DNA of 41,359 nucleotides from Macrostomum lignano (Eukaryota): NCBI GenBank assembly GCA_002269645.1, contig NIVC01002953.1, positions 1 to 41,359 of the forward strand, read 5' to 3'. Shown piece by piece: positions 34,609 to 41,359 of this stretch (position 1 is its first letter; each line of letters starts with the position of its first letter). The notes under the pieces were generated by a model. It saw only the letters and a program-made list of their open reading frames with translations, ran no database searches and was not told where the DNA came from. The position numbers and the translations under genes were made by a program.

Positions 34609-37600
34609 ATGAAAGATAAATTAAAGACTATATTAAACAATTATACTATAAGGCCAAATAACAAACGACAGCCAATTAAGTATAAAATAGAAGTTGAAAC
34701 AGAATTTAAAAAACCAAATATTCTTAATGCAAATTCAGAAATTGAAGTAATAAATAACTTTTCACAAGAATCATATAAAACATTATTATCAATGGGAAAT
34801 TACAACAATCAATTCGATCAAATAGAAGCTGAGTTTGATGAATGGATAGATAAGATGACAGAAAACGGATCTGGGTTTATATTTGTTTCATGCAATTCAG
34901 CAACAGTAAAGATTGCACCCATAGAAATTCTTAAAGGACGATCACATATGAAGCTCAAATTTAAATCACCTATGATTATAAATCCAGACAATAAAGATAA
35001 TAAATGTTTATTATGGTGTTTATTAATTCATAAATATCACAATCAAGTAGAATCACACATTAATAAAATATATAATTATAGACAATATGAGGATGAAATA
35101 ATAATGAAAAACATATCATACCCAGTAGCAATAGATGATATATATAAGATTGAAAAAATGAATGGTTTAAATATTAATGTGTTTACAATTGAAGAACCAA
35201 AAGATCTAGAAGAAATTTTAACCGATCCAGAATGGTATAAGAAAAGGTGTTATCTTGTTAAGCCAGCAACTGATATAACAGCACCAGATCAAATCGATCT
35301 TTTGTACATGCAGCGCGAAAATGAAACACATTATATATACATAAAAGATATTAGTTCTTTTTTAAGAGAAAATAGAAATAGATATCCACTATGTAGAAAT
35401 TGTTTTACATTTAAAAAGGATGAAACAGCTCTTAAAAACCACCAACGATTTTGTTTAGATCACAAATTTACTAATGCTATAATGCCAGCATCTGAAGATG
35501 CAACCCTAAAGTTCCAACAACATTATATGGCAGTTAAAAAACCAATAGTAATATATGCTGATTTTGAAGCAACAAATGTTCCCTTAAAAGAACCACAAAC
35601 AGTATCTGATGACGGTCATGCAAAGCATGCGACCCTACGGGACGGTGAATGCACAAAAAAATTGGCACAACAGTTTCCGAATAGTTATTGTATATATGTA
35701 CACTCTGTAGCTGATCATATATTTAAATCAAGGATGATTACTTACCACGGTAATGATGCAGCTAAGCACATGGCAGAATCATTAGTAAATGTATTTGAAT
35801 ATATTCAAAATCAATATGATAAATTATCAAAAAATATTAATATGACAAATAAGGATAGAGACAATTATAAAAATGCAACAAATTGTTTTATGTGCAAAAG
35901 ACATTTAAGTAAGAATAATAAGATACGAGAACATTGTCATCTAACAGGAAATTATCGAGGGGCAGCATGTAGATCATGTAATGCAAAAGAAGGAAAAGGA
36001 TGTAAGGAAATACCAGTATTTTTTCATAATGGTTCCGGATATGATTTTCATTTCTTAGTTCGAGAATTGCTTCATTTAGGAAAGGATGAATATGAAATAA
36101 ATATATTACCTAAAACATCAGAAAATTACATATCAATAACATATGGTAAGAAATACTCCCATCTAGTTTTTCTAGATTCCTTGAGATTCTTATCAACATC
36201 TTTAGCAAATGTTGTTTCATCATTAGTTCCAAAACCATGGGATTTAGAAATAGTAAAGAAAAACTTTCCAATCTTATTGAATCGTTTCAAAAAAGAAAAA
36301 CTATCCGAGGAAGAACTAATGCTATTAACTCGTAAGGGCATCTACCCATATGAATATGTAACATCTGAAGACGTATTTTTTCATACCGAATTACCCCAAT
36401 TGAAAAGTTTTATTCAACATTATCACAAACAAACATAAGTGAATCGGATTATGAACACGCTCAAAAAGTATGGAAATACTTTAATTGTAAAACATTTAAA
36501 GATTATCATAATCTATATCTTAAAGCAGATGTTCTCCTATTAGCTGATGCATTTGAAAACTTTAGGAATCATACATATGAGAATTTTAAAATTGATCCCG
36601 CATATTGTTTCAGTGCACCGGGATTAACATGGGCTTGTGGTTTGAAACATACAGATGTTAAGATTGATTTACTAACTGATCATGATATGTTGTTAATGAT
36701 TGAGAGAGGAATTCGCGGTGGATTCTCGGGTGTACTAGGAGATAGATATACTAAAGTAAATAATAAATATCTACCAAATTATAATAAAAAGAAAAATCAT
36801 CATATGTATTATATCTAGATGCAAACAATTTATACGGTGGTTGTATGAAACAAAAATTACCAATAGCTGATTTCCAATGGGAAGATGACCCCGATTATTA
36901 CAAAAATATTCCCGAAGGAAGGGGCTGTATGTAGAGTGGATTTGCAATATACTCGGGAAGCAAAAGCAAAAACATATAAATATCCTTTAGCTCCAGAGCA
37001 TTGTTCAGTTAATGAAGATGATTTATCACAAACACAAAAAGATTATCTTAAAGCAGATAATGCAAAACATCTAGCAACAAAAAAATTAATATTAAATTTA
37101 CATGATAAGAAAAACTATGTAGTGCATTATAAGCTTCTACAATTTTATGAAAAGCAGGGATTAAAAGTGTCTAAAGTACATCGAACAATATCGTTTATTG
37201 AGGAAGATTGGTTAGCTAAATATATTGACTTTAATTCAAATCAGAGACAGATGTCAAAAACAAATTTTGAGAAAGATTATTGGAAATTAATGAATAATGC
37301 TTTTTATGGAAAAACGGTTGAAAATATTAGAGATAGAACCCAATTCCATTTAGAAAAGGATATTGATAAAGCAAAGAAATATTTCTCAAAACCTAACTTT
37401 AAAGACTTTATAAAATTTGATGATAACTTTATGGGTATTCATATGAGAAATAAAACAACAAAATTTCTTAAACCAATATTTATTGGAATGGTTGTTTTAG
37501 ATTATGCAAAGCTGGTAATGTATGAATATTATTATGATGTTATAAATAAACATGGCCAGATAACTATCCAATATATGCAGACACCGACAGTTTGGTATTT

Positions 37601-38354
37601 AAGGTTGAAACAGAGGATCGGGCAAAGCCGCGAACCAAAGGTTCGATGTCTATAAAGATATGGAAAAAATTAAGGATACACTGGATACCTCCGACTATCC
37701 GGATAACCATCCTTTAAAATCAGATCAAAATAAAAAAGTTGTACTTAAAATGAAAGATGAATTAAATAGCAAAATCATAACCGAGTTTATAGCAATAAGA
37801 TCAAAATGCTATGCATTTAAAGTTTTAGGACAGGAGGGAGAGGTAAAAAAAATAAAAGGGGTATCAAGAGCAGCAGTAAAAAAGATAACATTTGATGATT
37901 ATAAAAACGTACTTTTAGATTACCTTAATACAATTGAAAATTATCATGCTCCACAATATCGATTAAATTCAGATAAGCATCAGATGTTTGTCATCGAGAC
38001 AGATAAAAAACATTAAGTCCATTTGATGATAAAAGATATTTAGATGATAAAATTAAAACATATCCATATGGTTTAAAAGAAGAGATAAAAAATATGATAA
38101 AAGATAAAAAACAAAAAGAAGATATAATAAGTAAATATAATGAATACAAAGCGGCAATAAATAATTATTATTACGATTGTGATTGTGAATCCGAATGTGA
38201 TTGTGAATATAATACATTTCTAGAATATGAAAAAGATATAGATAATTATTATTCAACATTTCCAAAAGAACTTAAAAAATTAAATAAGGAAAAAGTCTTG
38301 AATAACTGGAAGAGATTAACAGAAAAATTACTTATCGGGTCTGTAAAAAACTAA
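34609..38354 (+). CDS. polB: Protein-primed family B DNA polymerase (pPolB) of Polinton type, six apparent frameshifts
   Basis: NKDNKCLLWC and THYIYIKD (OTU-like domain); CRNC...HQRFC zinc finger; ExoI IYADFE; endonuclease VII-like CFMC...REHCHLTGNYRGAACRSCN; ExoII HNGSGYD; ExoIII YLKADVLLL; SAPGLTW; IRGG; motif A YLDANNLYG; motif B KLMNNAFYGK; motif C YADTDS; KCY; KGV; DDKR. Shifts at about 36408, 36797, 36905, 37552, 37629 and 38010. Confidence 0.95.
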
Positions 38355-38687
38355 AGCATGTAATTGTTTGAGCAAATCATTAACTTCAATTTCATATATT
38401 ATTGAGCACCAATTATCCTCACAGTCGGCAGGGTAACTTAAACAATCCTTTATTTTTTTCCTAAGTTTTTTTATTTTTCTAACCAATCTATCTATTTCAA
38501 TTTCAATTACTATTTCAGCATAAACAATATCTTGTCTTAAAAAACGTTTTCTTTTATCTATCTCATATCGGATGGGAAACATATCGTCCCCATACTCATG
38601 ATATTTCTGAGATATAATTATATTTATTTTTTTATTAATATCATTAAGTTCACGCTCTTTAGTGATAAGGATTTTTATCGTATCCAT
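38328..38687 (-). CDS. 119-aa hypothetical viral protein
   Basis: Intact ORF with an AAAATG start; overlaps the polB stop tail-to-tail. Confidence 0.55.
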   Translation of the reverse strand: MDTIKILITKERELNDINKKINIIISQKYHEYGDDMFPIRYEIDKRKRFLRQDIVYAEIVIEIEIDRLVRKIKKLRKKIKDCLSYPADCEDNWCSIIYEIEVNDLLKQLHALVFYRPDK

Positions 38688-38701
38688 TTTCTTATAAAAA
38701 T

Positions 38702-39032
38702 TTAGTCTTCGTCGTCATCCTCCCAAACAGCCGCCAATTTTACAGTCCTATCACTCTTTTTATTATTTGTTTGTTTTAGTTTAAATTGCAATCCACCCTC
38801 GTTGCAGTATTTCATAACAAACGCTTTGGTTTATTAATAACTAAAACAGGAAAATTTTTAACATCATCTCCGCTTAGACATAAAATTTTTTGCCCATCTA
38901 ATTGTAAAAATATTGATTGAAGCCAATAAATTTAACCTGTCTCAAACATATAATATTATATTCTTTATTCTCCAACATATTGGGTGTGAGATAATTAATC
39001 ACATTAGAATCGGTTTTGAACCAGCTCTCCAT
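38702..39032 (-). pseudogene. Frameshifted small ORF (about 110 aa) ending in an acidic tail WEDDDED
   Basis: MESWFKTDSNVINYLTPNMLENKEY...NFPVLVINKP/AFVMKYCNEGGLQFKLKQ...VKLAAVWEDDDED; needs at least two frameshifts. Confidence 0.4.
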
Positions 39033-39058
39033 TTTTAATCTAAAAAAATAACAAAAAA

Positions 39059-39220
39059 ATGAAAGACATTATGTGTAATAAATGTAATGTGACTATGCAC
39101 AGAGGGCAAACAGCAAACGGAGATATATATCATATGTGTTATTCATGTTCTAAAATATATCAATTTGAAAAAACAAAAAAGATTGAAAACTCATATTACT
39201 ATTTTAAAAAACAATTTTAA
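39059..39220 (+). CDS. Zinc-ribbon protein (53 aa as written; probably extends to about 39537 via frameshifts)
   Basis: MKDIMCNKCNVTMHRGQTANGDIYHMCYSCSKIY has CxxC-x17-CxxC. It is below the ORF-track length cutoff. Confidence 0.6.
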   Translation: MKDIMCNKCNVTMHRGQTANGDIYHMCYSCSKIYQFEKTKKIENSYYYFKKQF

Positions 39221-39532
39221 GAAATCTTACAAGAGACATTTCTGATCCAATTTTAATTCCGGAAATAATGTTTATTTATATAATAACTTTTTCCATTTAA
39301 ATAAAGGAAAGGGATTAAGTTCGAAAGACTCTGAAAGGATTTTAATTTTAGTTGGATATTATTTCAATTTTCTTATTCGAGAGAATACAAAGTTTATAAG
39401 GATAGGTAACATACCTAACGAAATGTTATTGAAAAAGTCATTGGAATTTTTATGTATTGATAAAAAATTTAAACCTAGATCAGAAGAGAGTTACCACTTT
39501 GGGAAGAATATATAACATATGCATTAGAAAAA

Positions 39533-40185
39533 CTAAACAACCTGAAGTTCTACAGCACTTCCTGACCGCGGGCTTTGTGCCCCAGTAGCAATAGTTTCAG
39601 GTTCGTAAATGCCTAATGTTTCTATAGGTGGAGCTTTGGGTTTATCGAGTCTCAACTCTTTTAATTCCATATCGGTAAAAGTTTCAACATCTAAAATTCT
39701 ATTTCTATCTTTTAAATATTTTTCATATAATTCAACCGCGGTTGATAATTCATGAATCGTTATCTCTCCGTCATCCAATATTTTTTGCACATATAAATAT
39801 AATTGATTTTTATATTGCTTGCAACATCTCTTAAAGATTTATATTTTTTCTTTCTTTTTTAAGATATAATTTAATTGCTAAAAGTATTGATAAGTTTCTG
39901 ATCAATTCAAAACCTGATATTGAGCCAATTGAAATACCTAAAAATAATTGAGATAAATTAAGAGTTGGAATAGATTGTAAAATACCTAAAACGATTACAC
40001 ATAACATTGATAAGCTTCCAAATCCAATATTGAAAAAATCCATATTTCTTATATGGTTTGAAACTCTTCTTACTTTTTTAGCATATAAATCATAATCATA
40101 GTTTACGATCAACATTACTTAACATCTGACCTTTACGTTGGTTGAACCGGTCGCGTTCCCATTTATCTGCTTCAGATACCGACAT
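39533..40185 (-). CDS. Conserved Polinton-type membrane protein with two hydrophobic segments; frameshifted
   Basis: ORFs 39831-40115 and 39533-39790 join through KRKKYKSLRDVAS...VQKILDDGEITIHEL...YEKY. This resembles the kk..K...la...alDg.Is..E pattern I recall from Polinton/adintovirus membrane proteins. Confidence 0.55.
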
Positions 40186-40195
40186 TCTCGTCTAT

Positions 40196-40497
40196 TTTTA
40201 ATAGCACCAAAATGAATTCCCCACGCTCTTTGGGGATTTGTCCCGAGCTTAATAGGTATTGTATTGGAGTTATTCTTTCTTTTTTCTCCATTTAAATCCT
40301 ATTTTCCAAAACTCTTGAAGTATAATATGATTTTTTAATAACTTAATTAATTCTTGAAGCTTCTTGTTATCCTGAACATTTACAGTACTAAATAAAAATT
40401 TGGTATGAGATTTGAATGTTTTTATATTTGATTCTTGTTTAGGAATAGGAATAATAACATTATTTTGCCGCATCGATGGAGTTCTACTAAAAGCCAT
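40196..40497 (-). CDS. Small hypothetical viral protein(s), probably frameshifted
   Basis: TATAAAATG start at 40497. A downstream frame reads MEKKERITPIQYLLSSGQIPKERGEFILVLLK. Confidence 0.35.
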
Positions 40498-40512
40498 TTT
40501 ATATAGAAATAT

Positions 40513-41359
40513 TTAAGGTATTTCGGTTTGTGGCCGTTCCAAATATGCGGTCGCAGCAAAATCATATCCTGCTGATGTGCTACCACAAACGGCTGCACCA
40601 CGAATAAAATGTGCGGCATCTGCTCCTCCAGTTCGAGCACCAAAACCCATAAGAGTTCCGTTTTATCTAAATCTCCCCAAGTTCCACTATCATATGTAAA
40701 AAAGTTTTGCCCAATTAGCGTATATGTATTAGCTGATACATTGTATGTGCTTATTTGATACCAAACTCTTTGATTTAAAATATTAATTTCAAAAAGATGC
40801 CAATCGCCGTTATCAATATTAGCATAGGTTATAGTTTGATCTGCGTCATTAAGAACATCATTACGAGCTGTTGCACCGTCTGATTTTATATTGCTCCAAA
40901 CAACCCCAACTCTATCATGCCATTCACTCGCAAACAATCAAGCCGGCGCGGGTTGTTAACCCGGATCCAAATTCACTTGTTGGACGTTCGTGACAATATG
41001 CATAAAACCAAACGCGTCAGCACCATCTCCTGTAGCATTAGCAACTCGGAAATAGAAGGAGGCGGATATATTACGAAAATGGGTGAAATTAAATTGTAAC
41101 GCTCCAGACCGACCGTTGCTTCATCAGTAATTCTAGCACCATTTTGATAATCTATATAAGTAGCGCTCCAACAAAACTTCCTGTTGGAAAAATATCGCCG
41201 GCTGTGGTTGGGTTTTGATATCCAGTCCAATTGCAAATTACGGCTCGTACAAAGCGGCATCATTGCAGGTATTCCATCCAATTTTATTTTATCATTAAAA
41301 GACATTCGGCCATCCGCGTTTGGTGTTACTCGCGTGTCACATAACCTTTAGTAACAACA
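40513..41359 (-). CDS. Candidate fibre/receptor-binding protein with a C-terminal L-type (legume-like) lectin domain; 5'-incomplete, several frameshifts
   Basis: Reconstructed: VVTKGYV(D)TR...GALQFNF...SASFYFRVANATGDGADAFGF...NIDNGDWHLFEI...YGFGARTGGADAAHFIR...TEIP stop. The F.F...GADxFxF, DG.WH and GF.A.TGG...H motifs are L-type lectin hallmarks, and TKxYVD is a fibre-shaft motif. Confidence 0.68.

Larger units (their letters stand above)
32399..41359. mobile_element. Polinton/Maverick (adintovirus-like) endogenous virus, left part; continues past the window
   Basis: Begins AGTAGT as Polinton termini do. Abrupt switch to AT-rich, intronless, tightly packed genes including protein-primed PolB, pX-like and pVI-like peptides and a fibre-like ORF. 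Integrase, capsid, ATPase and protease genes are not in the window. Confidence 0.88.

Noticed and set aside
34609-38354. Phage or mitochondrial-plasmid origin, or contamination, for polB
   Set aside because: The OTU-like and EndoVII insertions, the AGTAGT terminus and the pX-like neighbours fit Polintons, and the segment is contiguous with host repeats. A misjoin still needs read-level exclusion.
40422-41305. Listed ORFs 40422-40937 and 40973-41305 as two separate proteins
   Set aside because: Each is partly out of frame. The lectin motifs continue across frames as one gene ending at 40513.

Overview
Eukaryotic (metazoan) genomic DNA. GC-rich poly-Q/poly-A exons and very dense minisatellites suggest a macrostomid flatworm such as Macrostomum, but this is inference only. 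Left third: a decayed mariner element and an intact three-exon Cdx/caudal ParaHox gene (4925-5720, 9473-9621, 12122-12550; 457 aa when spliced) whose introns are about half minisatellite. Middle: a hAT-type MITE, a type II membrane FkbM-like methyltransferase gene broken by nested Ty3/Gypsy fragments, an orphan ORF, and a 5-kb 22-bp satellite. Right 9 kb (32399 to window end): the left part of an AT-rich Polinton/Maverick (adintovirus-like) endogenous virus. It starts with AGTAGT, has an unusual 272-bp terminal fold-back with a G-free loop, and carries pVI-like and pX-like core precursors, a protein-primed PolB (OTU-like, zinc finger and endonuclease VII insertions), a conserved Polinton membrane protein and a candidate fibre with an L-type lectin head. 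Its ORFs are broken only by small indels, mostly in homopolymers. PolB carries two roughly 30-nt GC-rich double-hairpin insertions flanked by short direct repeats. Integrase, capsid, ATPase and protease genes are not in the window. All family calls come from manual motif recognition; no searches were run.
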